The position numbers and the translations under genes are program-made. This document shows positions 19,807-29,022 of a stretch of DNA of 64,000 nucleotides, piece by piece; within the stretch, counting starts at the first letter, position 1, and each line of letters begins with the position of its first letter. Source of the DNA: Candidatus Borrarchaeum weybense (GTDB lineage Archaea > Asgardarchaeota > Sifarchaeia > Borrarchaeales > Borrarchaeaceae); the NCBI GenBank assembly GCA_019057385.1, contig JAHQJS010000004.1, positions 64,001-128,000 on the forward strand. The letters are read 5' to 3'. The notes below the pieces were generated by a model. The model was given only the letters and a program-made list of their open reading frames with translations. It made no database searches and was not told where the DNA came from.

Positions 19807-20101
19807 GTTATATCCTCCGTTATTCTTGTTTACATGGCATTAAAATGGAATTTACATATTTACACATTTAATTATTTATTTGTAAAAAAAAGCTTACATA
19901 TTAAAAAAGTTGTGCAAGTTTTCAAATCAAAAACTGATTCTGATGTCAATATTATGATTATTTATAAAACCGTGAAATTATTTACGAAATTCCAAGTTTT
20001 ATGATAATCATATATCAATTATAATAAGCATGTAAAAAAAGAAAAAAAGAGAGGTTTGATGTCAATACCAAAGATGCAATGGACACTTTTTTTGAGATTT
20101 G

Positions 20102-20400
20102 GTGACCTACCTCGTGCGAAAGCCTCGAGGCTTCCTGCTTCAACGACAGACTCGATCCCCTTGCGGGTTACGGAGGTCTTATCTCCACAGGCTTAACATC
20201 CCTACGCCCCGTAGGTACTGCTAACGGTCGTGATGCAATCGGAGTATGCACCTTATCTTCAAGTGTGCGCATGATCCCTCCAATTGTTATTGATACCTTT
20301 CTCATACTACAGACCCCTCGATGCACGTGATGAAAGTTAACGCAAATTACCGCAACTCATCACCACGCTGAAGCTGTGGTGATTTCTTGCTTAACTACTC
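20102..20400 (-). mobile_element. Non-autonomous IS200/IS605-type element (299 bp) with an omegaRNA-like right end; inferred target motif TTTAC
   Basis: Left end TTTAC|GAGTAGTTAAGCAAGAAATCACCACAGCTTCAGCGTGGTGATGAGTTGC (hairpin); right end ...GAAGCAGGAAGCCTCGAGGCTTTCGCACGAGGTAGGTCAC; GC-rich relative to the flanks. Confidence 0.8.
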
Positions 20401-20639
20401 GTAAATAATGCGTTTTTTCGTCTTCCTAAACCGCGGTGTATCCTAACGAAATGATAAAAAGGGCGTCATATTCAAAAAGGTAGTAGGATTACGGAAGTGT
20501 TAAAATAACTCCTTCTGGAAAGCTATAGAACTGCGCAACGAGATTCGCATGAGAACCCCCCTTAACAAAAGATTGATAAATAGATTGAACTATACGGGGA
20601 GCAAAGCAAATACAACGAACATGAAATCGAGGTTCGTCA

Positions 20640-20921
20640 ATGCCAGAAAGTAACATCATATACGTCGGTTCCAAACCAGTCATGAACTATGTACTCGCAG
20701 CTATCACTATATTTCACGGCAATATTAAGGAAGTCTTGATTAAAGCAAGAGGACGTGCAATCAGCCGCTCCGTAGATGTTGCAGAGATAATAAAAAACAA
20801 ATTCTTAACGGATATTAAGGTGAAAAGTATAACAACAGGAACAGAAATGTTAAGAACAGAAGATGGGAATGAATTTAATACCTCAACGATCGAGATTATC
20901 TTGGAAAGAGGAGGCGACTAA
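20640..20921 (+). CDS. albA: Chromatin protein Alba
   Basis: [14 protein letters not shown]...[16 protein letters not shown]...STIEI. Confidence 0.95.
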   Translation: MPESNIIYVGSKPVMNYVLAAITIFHGNIKEVLIKARGRAISRSVDVAEIIKNKFLTDIKVKSITTGTEMLRTEDGNEFNTSTIEIILERGGD

Positions 20922-20982
20922 TGGATATCTTCGAAATATCCACAAAGAGATATGGACGATTCAGTAGCGGGAGAGAGTTAAC

Positions 20983-21486
20983 ATGAAAGGACCCTTTTGC
21001 AATTTCTGTTTACAGACAGGTATTCTCTGTGGTAAGTGCCAATCTCTTATTGATTCAGGAGAACTTACTAACGTTGATATCAGTGTCGCAATGGCGCTTA
21101 ATAAACTGGAGCAAAGACATAATGAACTAAAAGATATTACATTCTTTCGTGCAGTCGAGGTTGGTTCATTAATCATTGTATTAGTTGGAGAAAATGATTT
21201 GTCAGCAATTCTTGGACATCGTGGGAAAGTCATTAAAGAACTTGAACAAAATCTTAAGAAAAAGATTCGTGTTCTCGAAACTTCATCCTCTACAGGAAAG
21301 TTGGTTGAAGATTTGCTAGCTCCCGCTGAAATAGCAGGTATTAATACTATCTGGCTTCCAGACGGCACAAAAGTAAAAAAAGTTAGAGTGCGTGGACAAC
21401 GTGGAAAACTGCCTGCATCTGTGGATACCCTTGAAGATGTGGTCCAAAAACTAACGAATGAACCTATTCGCATTGTCTTTGAGTGA
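20983..21486 (+). CDS. Archaeal NusA-like KH protein with N-terminal Zn ribbon
   Basis: MK.PFC..C..TGILC.KC, ILG.RGKVIKELE, GINTIWLPDG. Confidence 0.85.
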   Translation: MKGPFCNFCLQTGILCGKCQSLIDSGELTNVDISVAMALNKLEQRHNELKDITFFRAVEVGSLIIVLVGENDLSAILGHRGKVIKELEQNLKKKIRVLETSSSTGKLVEDLLAPAEIAGINTIWLPDGTKVKKVRVRGQRGKLPASVDTLEDVVQKLTNEPIRIVFE

Positions 21487-21812
21487 ACTACCACCTAACA
21501 AGTTAGGTAGCTTCTGCCCTCATAGACTGTTCTGCTTTGCCAACACGGTTGGTAACATTCAGCCTACTCATCGACAGTTCTGGGCTGGTCTACAACAGCC
21601 CCCGTCCCTCAAGGGACACTTGAGGAAACGACAATACCTTCATTGGTACTGTGTCTTGTTTACGCGGTCACGCCAAGCCAGACACCTCAGTGTACTGCAT
21701 ACCAATATTGCATCTACTGCTTTTTAGTTTTTAGGGAGACCTGCGTAAAAGTGAAAACACTATAAATAATTAACTCCCTCATCAAGTTGAGGGATCTTCT
21801 TGCGAGGTTGCA
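21483..21812 (-). mobile_element. Non-autonomous IS200/IS605-type element (330 bp) with the same ends as the tnpB family and a different internal structured RNA
   Basis: Left end TTTAT|TGCAACCTCGCAAGAAGATCCCTCAACTTGATGAGGGAG; right end GAAGCTACCTAACTTGTTAGGTGGTAGTTCAC. Confidence 0.85.
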
Positions 21813-21987
21813 ATAAACGTTACTTTTCTGTTTCATCAAAAGGATTATAAGAAAATTCTATTTTCCATTTTTGTGACTAAGATTTCTTAGAATTTTGAAA
21901 AAATAGATTAGTTGTGCATTTTATTAATGCTGATTTAAATTGGCTAAGAGTTAGTTGGTATCATAAATAGCGATGTGAGGGACTTTC

Positions 21988-23310
21988 ATGGAGATAGACA
22001 AGCTTGAGAATTGGCGACGAACCCATTATAGTGATCAAATCGATCTTGAAACACTTGAAGGAAAAGAAATTATAGTATGCGGGTGGATAAAACAAACTCG
22101 TGATCTTGGAGGCTTAAAATTCGCTATTTTACGTGATAATTTTGGAGAAGTGCAAATCACATTTCCTAAAGCCAAACTTGATGAAAAATTGTTTGATAAG
22201 GCAAATTCTCTTAGAAATGAAATGCCGGTAGCTATTAAAGGTATCGTCAAAATTGATAAACGATCTCCAACTGGTTTCGAACTGATTCCAACTGACCTTA
22301 AACTATTAAATAATGTAACTGCAAATTTACCTTTAGATCCTACCTATAAAGTGAAAGCAGATCTTGATACACGTTTAGATAATCGTATTTTAGACTTACG
22401 TTCTACTCAAGCGCATGCTACCTTTATTATCCGCCATAAAGTTACGACAGCTATACGCCAATTTTTTGTAAACCGACGCTTTATCGAAATCAACACACCT
22501 CGAATAATTGCTACTGCGACTGAAGGCGGAACAGAGCTTTTTCCAATAGCTTATTTCGAGAAAGAGGCGTTTTTAGCCCAGAGCCCCCAGCTGTATAAAG
22601 AACAACTTACTACCGTATTTGATAAGGTTTACGAAATTGCGCCCATATTTAGGGCTGAAGAACACTCAACTACTCGTCATCTCAACGAACTAATGATGGT
22701 CGATATTGAGATGGCGTTCTGCAATTATAATGATGTAATGAATGTACTTGAGAACCTAATTCACTATGTCATTTCTGATGTAAAAAATAACTGTGATAAG
22801 GAATTAAACATCCTGAAAAGTGATTTACAAATTCCAAAACTGCCATTCAAAAGGTATACGTACACGGAAACCTTAGAATTATTGGCAAAAAATGGCTATG
22901 AACTCTCCTGGGGAGATGATATTGGAACTGACGCCAGTCGAAAACTAGGATCAATTATAAGTGGTCCCTATTTTATTACGGAATGGCCTTCTGAAGGAAA
23001 ACCCTTTTACATACAGTCAAGGGCCGATAAACCCGAAATCAGCGAATCTTTTGATCTTATGTATGGTTGGATTGAGTTAGCCTCAGGAGGAACACGTGTT
23101 CACGAAAAAGAAATCTTGATTCAAAGGCTAATTAATCAAGGACTAACTCCAAGTTCATTTGATTTCCATCTCAAGGTTTTCGATTGGGGAATGCCTCCTC
23201 ATGCTGGATGGGGACTTGGTTTAGCTCGTCTCGTCATGGTTTTAACAGGAAAACAAAATATCCGTGAAGTAGTGGTCTTTCCGCGCGATAGAACAAGACT
23301 AACTCCCTAA
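21988..23310 (+). CDS. aspS: Aspartyl-tRNA synthetase (probably non-discriminating: Pro in the anticodon-domain loop SPTG)
   Basis: RDLGG, TRLDNRILDLR, LAQSPQLYK, FRAE, PPHAGWGLG, FPRDRTRL. Confidence 0.95.
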   Translation: MEIDKLENWRRTHYSDQIDLETLEGKEIIVCGWIKQTRDLGGLKFAILRDNFGEVQITFPKAKLDEKLFDKANSLRNEMPVAIKGIVKIDKRSPTGFELIPTDLKLLNNVTANLPLDPTYKVKADLDTRLDNRILDLRSTQAHATFIIRHKVTTAIRQFFVNRRFIEINTPRIIATATEGGTELFPIAYFEKEAFLAQSPQLYKEQLTTVFDKVYEIAPIFRAEEHSTTRHLNELMMVDIEMAFCNYNDVMNVLENLIHYVISDVKNNCDKELNILKSDLQIPKLPFKRYTYTETLELLAKNGYELSWGDDIGTDASRKLGSIISGPYFITEWPSEGKPFYIQSRADKPEISESFDLMYGWIELASGGTRVHEKEILIQRLINQGLTPSSFDFHLKVFDWGMPPHAGWGLGLARLVMVLTGKQNIREVVVFPRDRTRLTP

Positions 23311-24656
23311 TTTTCGTAAATGGGAGTCACCAAATCTGTTTTCATCAACTCACGTAGAAGTACAGTAGCATATGATCCTTTTCCTAATGAAAAAGTTATT
23401 TTTACCATATTTCTATCGTCATTTAAATGATCTTTATTGATTTCTAACACTTGAAAGTCTTTTATTGGCATAACGACGGGGCGATATCCTCCTTTTGAAC
23501 TTGCTTCTGGGTAAGATTTTATGCGAAACATTGATGGTTGAATTTCTTCCTCTTCAAGAATTTCGTTAAATAAATCACCAACAATTCCTGCAGGAAATAA
23601 AGAAAGTTCATAGCCTATTAATGGGGCAACAAAAGTGGTGTTCATGTTATCTTGATTTTCTTTGAAAAGGTCTACGCTCCCATTTAAAGTTTGAACTATA
23701 TCCCCAGTTATAGGTTTTAAGGAAAGCCCTTTTTCTATACGTAGACTAAGAAATTTGTTAAAAATGTAAGATTGAAAAGCATGAATAAACATTAGACGGA
23801 GTCCCTTTGATATCTTTCTAAAAGCATTGATAAAATCATTGGGGTGCCTCACTAAATGATTCATCATTGCTAACTCTGGCTTATACCCTTTTGGAAAATT
23901 CTTTAGAGCGTTTCTGTAGTTTTTTGTTTCATTAAGTTCCATTCTAGCAAGGATAGCTTCCTTTGATTCTAAAGGAGACGTTGTTGTTAGATAAATCTCC
24001 GCTGCTTTTTTGAAATTTCCTTGAATGAATGCTTTACCTACAAGATGTGTAATTGGGCGGAGAGTTCCAAAACGTTGATGTCCAAAAAAATTAGGTAACC
24101 CACCCATCATTTTAACAACTTCTTGAAATTGCGCAATGGATTGCTCAATTTTCATTTTTGACTCTCTTATATCTCGTATGATGATTGTGAAGTTATTTCC
24201 CCATAAATCACCGAGTTTAACAGGTTTGTTGGCATAGACTGGATTCAAGATTTTCACGTCCTTGATGCGAAGCTTCAGCAATTGTTCTGGAGGAATTTTC
24301 CATGCACTCATTCGTTGAATTGTCACAGCCCGTCTATCCTTGGTTCCTGCTAAAGAAAATCGTTTCCTGCTGGTTTTGAGACGCCGAGAAAGAATTCGAA
24401 TTAGGCGATGATTATCCCAATCATATTTTTGAAGGGAAAATATAGTATAATCACCATTTTGATCATCGTTCTCTATCCCTTGTTGAGCATCGATCGGAAG
24501 TAAAATACCCTCAGGTGTAATTTCTCGTACGACAAAATCTTCCACTAATTGTTTAATTCTTCCTCCAATTCCAGGTTGAGGTGTCACATAGTACTTCAAT
24601 CCAGTGGCTCTTTCAGAATTGAATTCTACCAGTTCGGCCAATTTCTTTCCCTTCAA
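23307..24656 (-). CDS. truD: tRNA pseudouridine(13) synthase
   Basis: EDFVV.E, AGTKDRRAVT.Q, GDLWGNNF, PNFFG.QRFG, GSYAT.LLRE. Confidence 0.95.
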   Translation of the reverse strand: MKGKKLAELVEFNSERATGLKYYVTPQPGIGGRIKQLVEDFVVREITPEGILLPIDAQQGIENDDQNGDYTIFSLQKYDWDNHRLIRILSRRLKTSRKRFSLAGTKDRRAVTIQRMSAWKIPPEQLLKLRIKDVKILNPVYANKPVKLGDLWGNNFTIIIRDIRESKMKIEQSIAQFQEVVKMMGGLPNFFGHQRFGTLRPITHLVGKAFIQGNFKKAAEIYLTTTSPLESKEAILARMELNETKNYRNALKNFPKGYKPELAMMNHLVRHPNDFINAFRKISKGLRLMFIHAFQSYIFNKFLSLRIEKGLSLKPITGDIVQTLNGSVDLFKENQDNMNTTFVAPLIGYELSLFPAGIVGDLFNEILEEEEIQPSMFRIKSYPEASSKGGYRPVVMPIKDFQVLEINKDHLNDDRNMVKITFSLGKGSYATVLLRELMKTDLVTPIYEN

Positions 24657-24747
24657 AAAAATAGGTGTTTCTTTCCCTCAAACTGATTTTCTGTAACTCA
24701 TTCACTAAAAGAATAGTTTAAATCGGTTAGATTAGTATCGTCTTATT

Positions 24748-25125
24748 CTAAATAAGCTGAAGTTGACCTGTTATTTTGTCAATAATTTCTGATTTGTCAG
24801 GGCCAATACCTAACGCAGTAGTAGTCCCTGGCGGTAACTCTGTGAGCCCAGCATCTTTAATGAGTGCACAAGAAACCTTAAGTTGAAGTGTGTTATTGTA
24901 AAGTTCTAAGAGTTCTTCAAGTGATTCAACGCGAAGTGCTACTTTTTTCGAGCTACCATTTTTCCATTTCTTCCATATTTCTCTATTTTCTCTTTTTGCA
25001 ACTTCAGAGGACTCTACAGCTGCATGACACGCTTGAACAATCATTTTTCCTTTACTCATTTTGAGATCAGTCCTTATAACCATGACCATTTTGTATTCGT
25101 ATGCTTTTGAAGTCGCTGATGTCAT
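24748..25125 (-). CDS. pth2: Peptidyl-tRNA hydrolase Pth2
   Basis: R.DLKMSKGK..VQACHA, DAGLTE..PG..TALGIGP. Confidence 0.95.
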   Translation of the reverse strand: MTSATSKAYEYKMVMVIRTDLKMSKGKMIVQACHAAVESSEVAKRENREIWKKWKNGSSKKVALRVESLEELLELYNNTLQLKVSCALIKDAGLTELPPGTTTALGIGPDKSEIIDKITGQLQLI

Positions 25126-25449
25126 TTCATTCCACTTCTCAATTTTGTTAATATGAATTCTTCTTATACTATGAGAGTTTTTCCTGAAAAGCGCATCGAT
25201 TTTAGGATTCTTAATCTGTCAAGTACCTTTACTTCTAAGTAGCTTAAAGTCGAATATTTTAGTTATAGGTTTTATTCAGGAAATTTGTTAGTACGAAAAG
25301 AATTTAAAAGAAAGGACTTGTAGGATTTCCTATTACAATTACCTTTACTTATCTTATGCATTATCTAATTGAGGTATATCTTTTACATGCTTAAAATCTT
25401 GAGATATACATGGAAATAGCATATCCTCAAATTTTATGCGTTTTAGGAG

Positions 25450-25638
25450 GTGATGGCTATCAGCCAAATCGAAATGCCGAAGTGTTCATGCTGTGGGCAT
25501 CTTATATCGCCCGAAGATATTGGTAGCGTACGTTTCTCATGCCCAAATTGTGGGGACATAACAATTTTCAGATGCATGCGTTGCCGTAGTTTTGGTAGAA
25601 ACTATCGATGTCCTAAATGCGGCTTTGAAGGACCATAA
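25450..25638 (+). CDS. Double zinc-ribbon protein (DUF1610-like) upstream of EF-1beta
   Basis: CSCCG...F.CPNCG...I.RC..CR.....Y.CPKCGFEGP. Confidence 0.88.
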   Translation: MMAISQIEMPKCSCCGHLISPEDIGSVRFSCPNCGDITIFRCMRCRSFGRNYRCPKCGFEGP

Positions 25639-25722
25639 AGTACTATAAGTGAACGTAATGAAGGACCATAAGCAATTTCAAGCAGCTGTCCTGTTTGATG
25701 TAAACTAATGGAGGTAAATTTC

Positions 25723-25989
25723 ATGGGTAAAGTTCTAGCATTGCTGAAAGTAATGCCTGCGAGTGTGGATATAAATTTAGAAAATCTTAAAAATGAATTA
25801 GGAAATGTAATGCCCCCTGAAGCAACCCTTCGTGGAGTTAAGGAGGAACCAATAGCTTTCGGCCTTGTTGCACTAAAAGTATCTATCGTGATGGACGATG
25901 TTGCTGGGGGCACCGATGCAATTGAGAACGCCTTTTTAGCCTTAGAAGATGTTTCAGAGGTACAAGTGGAAGCGGTTTCTTTATTATAA
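25723..25989 (+). CDS. ef1b: Elongation factor 1-beta
   Basis: KVMP.S, EEPIAFGLVAL, GGTD.IE. Confidence 0.93.
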   Translation: MGKVLALLKVMPASVDINLENLKNELGNVMPPEATLRGVKEEPIAFGLVALKVSIVMDDVAGGTDAIENAFLALEDVSEVQVEAVSLL

Positions 25990-26120
25990 GCAAGAATATC
26001 CACTTCTCCTTTCCTATATTTTTGATTTTTATTGTAATGACTTACTATAAATGAGGCAAAACTGTTTTATATTGTCATCTACTTTCCCAAGAATATAAAA
26101 CTTATGTTGAGGCAAAGTAC

Positions 26121-26828
26121 ATGAAGGCAGTGGTTTTAGCTGGAGGGTTAGGGACACGACTACGTCCGTTAACTTACGTCATGCCAAAAGCTATGCTTCC
26201 AGTTGGTGATAAACCAATTATTGAACATATAATCGTCTATCTCGCCTCTTTCCAAATGATCGACGAGATCATTATAGCAACGGCATATCTAGGACGATAC
26301 ATCGAGGATTATCTGAATGAAGGTGAAGATTGGGATATTTCAATTAAGTATGCGCGAGGTAAACGTCCGCTTGGAACTGCGGGACAACTTAAAACGGCTG
26401 AATCTTTTATTGATGACACCTTTGTGCTGATTAATGGAGATATTTTAATCGAAGTCGTCATTTCAGACATGATTAAGTTTCATAAGAGCAAGGGAGGAAC
26501 AGGTACGATTGCATTGAAGCCCTATTTCCTCCCCGTTAAATATGGTGTGATTGATACTGATGCTGACAATTTAATATTAAACTGGCGAGAGAAACCAAAT
26601 ATCCCGCTTACAATGAACATTGGACTTTATGTGCTCGAACCAAAAATCTTTGACTATATTCCACCTGACAGGGCTATGAGTCTTGAGAGAGAAGTTTTTC
26701 CAAAGATCATTGCCTCAGGAGAAAAACTCTATGGCTTTAAGACAGAAACCAATTACCTCGATATTGGAGACTTAGAGAGCTTAGATAAAGCACATCAGGA
26801 ATTTCTATCCAAATTCACACTATTGTGA
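26121..26828 (+). CDS. Sugar-phosphate nucleotidyltransferase (mannose-1-P guanylyltransferase-like)
   Basis: AVVLAGGLGTRLRPLT...PKAMLP, PLGTAG, NGD, LDIG. Confidence 0.88.
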   Translation: MKAVVLAGGLGTRLRPLTYVMPKAMLPVGDKPIIEHIIVYLASFQMIDEIIIATAYLGRYIEDYLNEGEDWDISIKYARGKRPLGTAGQLKTAESFIDDTFVLINGDILIEVVISDMIKFHKSKGGTGTIALKPYFLPVKYGVIDTDADNLILNWREKPNIPLTMNIGLYVLEPKIFDYIPPDRAMSLEREVFPKIIASGEKLYGFKTETNYLDIGDLESLDKAHQEFLSKFTLL

Positions 26829-27073
26829 TAGATTTTCAATTGTCTCTCGAAATGAGATTTTTCGCTGATTTGATTGGAAATATATGTCTTTTTCAAATTA
26901 TCGTTCAATTTTAGTCTAGCAGTTACGTGTATATTCCAGACTTTAAAACTTTATAATGTAGAAAAAACATATGTCAGGTAGTTCAAAAAATAGTTCTGCA
27001 CAATCCTTTAGTACTAAGTTCTTCTTATAGTATATTTTATGTTGTACAATGCACAAAATTGTGCTCTCTTTGG

Positions 27074-27631
27074 GTGAACAGATTGAAATTATTTGAACTT
27101 GCAAAGCATGCAATTGAAATTATAAAGTCCGCAGGAGAAGAAGGCATCATCAATCTTGCATTAGCTAAAGAATTAGACATGGCTAGACGTCGAATTTATG
27201 ATATTATCGCGATCTTGAAAGCCGCAAAATTAGTTAAAACAACACGTGAGAAAAAAGGCACCATGGTTACTTGGATTGGTTCTTCTTCAGATTTACCTAA
27301 AATTGCACCATTATCTCAGACATCTTTTATTTCTGAAGAACCAAATGAATTGATTAATGATCCTTATTCCTTCAAACAAACTTCAGAGTTTCATAATGCG
27401 AATGCAGTTCTATCAAAATCCTTAAATTATCCCTTAAATAGAGTCATGATCGATTCTCCTTGCCTTAAAATACGTACGACTTCAAAGATCACACGAATTA
27501 AGCCAATAGGCATTATGGAATTACTTGTTGAATGCGAAGAAGATGATAGTCCAGGATTTATTATCGAAGCGCCCCAAGATGAGAATCGCAAAGTAAAAGA
27601 AGCAGAACGTGCACTTGTAGATGTGCGCTAG
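27074..27631 (+). CDS. E2F/DP-like winged-helix DNA-binding protein (start uncertain, 27059 or 27074)
   Basis: LAKELDMARRRIYDIIAILKAAKLV...VTWIG matches the E2F/DP RRIYD..N.L....L......I.W.G signature. Confidence 0.75.
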   Translation: MNRLKLFELAKHAIEIIKSAGEEGIINLALAKELDMARRRIYDIIAILKAAKLVKTTREKKGTMVTWIGSSSDLPKIAPLSQTSFISEEPNELINDPYSFKQTSEFHNANAVLSKSLNYPLNRVMIDSPCLKIRTTSKITRIKPIGIMELLVECEEDDSPGFIIEAPQDENRKVKEAERALVDVR

Positions 27632-27698
27632 TTAGCAATTCAAAACTGAAAATAAATCTTTTTGATTGTCTGTATTAAAGACTTGGTTTTTTGTTTAT

Positions 27699-27745
27699 CA
27701 CTCCTCCGCAAGAACCCCCCTCAAATTTGTAGGGTGGTAGTTCAC
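27699..27745 (+). mobile_element. 47-bp minimal IS200/IS605 derivative (left-end half fused to right-end half)
   Basis: TTTAT|CACTCCTCCGCAAGAACCCCCCTCAAATTTGTAGGGTGGTAGTTCAC. Confidence 0.78.
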
Positions 27746-27822
27746 TCAATACAAAAGTATAATGAAATCGTGATTTAGTTTTCTAAACGTAGAACGTAAG
27801 AAAGCTAATTTCAAAAATTCCA

Positions 27823-28200
27823 TTACTCTTTTTTCCTGATTGTAATATCCGTCCTACCAGTTTTGACATCCTTAAAATAGTCTAATCCCTCTAATATCTT
27901 GCCTACAATGTTTACCGGACTATATGGCTCAATCTTATCATAATAGACACATATACTTTTTCCTAAGGGCCAATAAGCAATGTCGCCCTTATCAATTTCT
28001 TTTGTTGATTTCTCTAATCCTATTGTGCCAGGTATTCGAATAGCTGTCTGTGCATTTTTGTATACAGATGCTTTTTCTGTGTGAGGAAGAATGTCTAATA
28101 TCGCTGCGTAAGTAAGAGGTGCCTTAATACGATGTAATTCACCGATAGCAGAGTTCTCTCCAATTTCAAAAACTATTTGCACCTTTGAAATCTCGCTCAT
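27823..28200 (-). CDS. Cyclophilin-like fold protein (TM1367/DUF369-like)
   Basis: AP.T...I...LP, GDIAYWPLG.SICVYY, PYSPVNIVGKI. Confidence 0.8.
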   Translation of the reverse strand: MSEISKVQIVFEIGENSAIGELHRIKAPLTYAAILDILPHTEKASVYKNAQTAIRIPGTIGLEKSTKEIDKGDIAYWPLGKSICVYYDKIEPYSPVNIVGKILEGLDYFKDVKTGRTDITIRKKE

Positions 28201-28327
28201 CTAAACACCGCACTTCACTTATCATAAAAATGCTATTTTGTAATTTAAATAATAAGATCAAATTTTTCTGAGTAGAAATTCAAAAAGAAAAAACAAATGT
28301 TAGAATTGAGGGAGTCAATGGATAGAT

Positions 28328-29005
28328 CTAATCAACAAATAATTCACGAACTCTGTCTGTTAGACCGGTTGTATGGGCTTCTCTCTCTATCTTTCTAATG
28401 GCGCGGATAACTTGAATCTCATCCCCAGCCTTCTGACCTAAAATCCATATCCTGCCATTCTGACCAACAGCAATTCTTGCTTGAGTTTGCTCTTTAATCA
28501 TGTTGATCATAGATCCTTTACGTCCAATCAGTCGAGGTATCTTTGATGGAGGTATTTCAATTATTGTGCCACCTCTCAATTTTCCAAGGTCTCGACCTTT
28601 TACTGTTAGGGCAGGATCTTGGAGGCGATCAAATGCGATTATTTTTGCGACAATGATATCTCCTATGTCAAATATCTCCCTAAGGTCAGATTTTGATGCA
28701 TTGAATGGTCGTCTTATGACATTTGAAATATGAAGAATGCCAGCGTAAGGTGAACAGATGTCCACATGCCACGAAGTGAGAGAAATATTATACACTTTCC
28801 CAATTACGATGTCATCTATATAGGGTATATACGATCCTGCCAAAGCAGTAACATAAATCGTTTTTCCTTTGAGTGCTGCTAATCCGATTAGGGATGCAAT
28901 AATCTTACCATTTTCTCGATATGCCCCCTCGCCAGCATTAAAATCGCCTTCAGCGAGTAATTCACCTGGTACTACTAATTGCCGATTTTCAAAAAGTACT
29001 GACAT
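28328..29005 (-). CDS. rrp4: Exosome cap subunit Rrp4
   Basis: VVPGELL, YIP...D.VIG, S1+KH, PRLIGRKGSMI, VGQNGRIW. Confidence 0.93.
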   Translation of the reverse strand: MSVLFENRQLVVPGELLAEGDFNAGEGAYRENGKIIASLIGLAALKGKTIYVTALAGSYIPYIDDIVIGKVYNISLTSWHVDICSPYAGILHISNVIRRPFNASKSDLREIFDIGDIIVAKIIAFDRLQDPALTVKGRDLGKLRGGTIIEIPPSKIPRLIGRKGSMINMIKEQTQARIAVGQNGRIWILGQKAGDEIQVIRAIRKIEREAHTTGLTDRVRELFVD

Positions 29006-29022
29006 AATTTAAAGACCTTCTC

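Noticed and set aside
21458-21727. 89-aa ORF across the mini-element, and similar short ORFs 19771-20004 and 20489-20683
   Set aside because: No recognisable motifs; they overlap non-coding IS or promoter sequence
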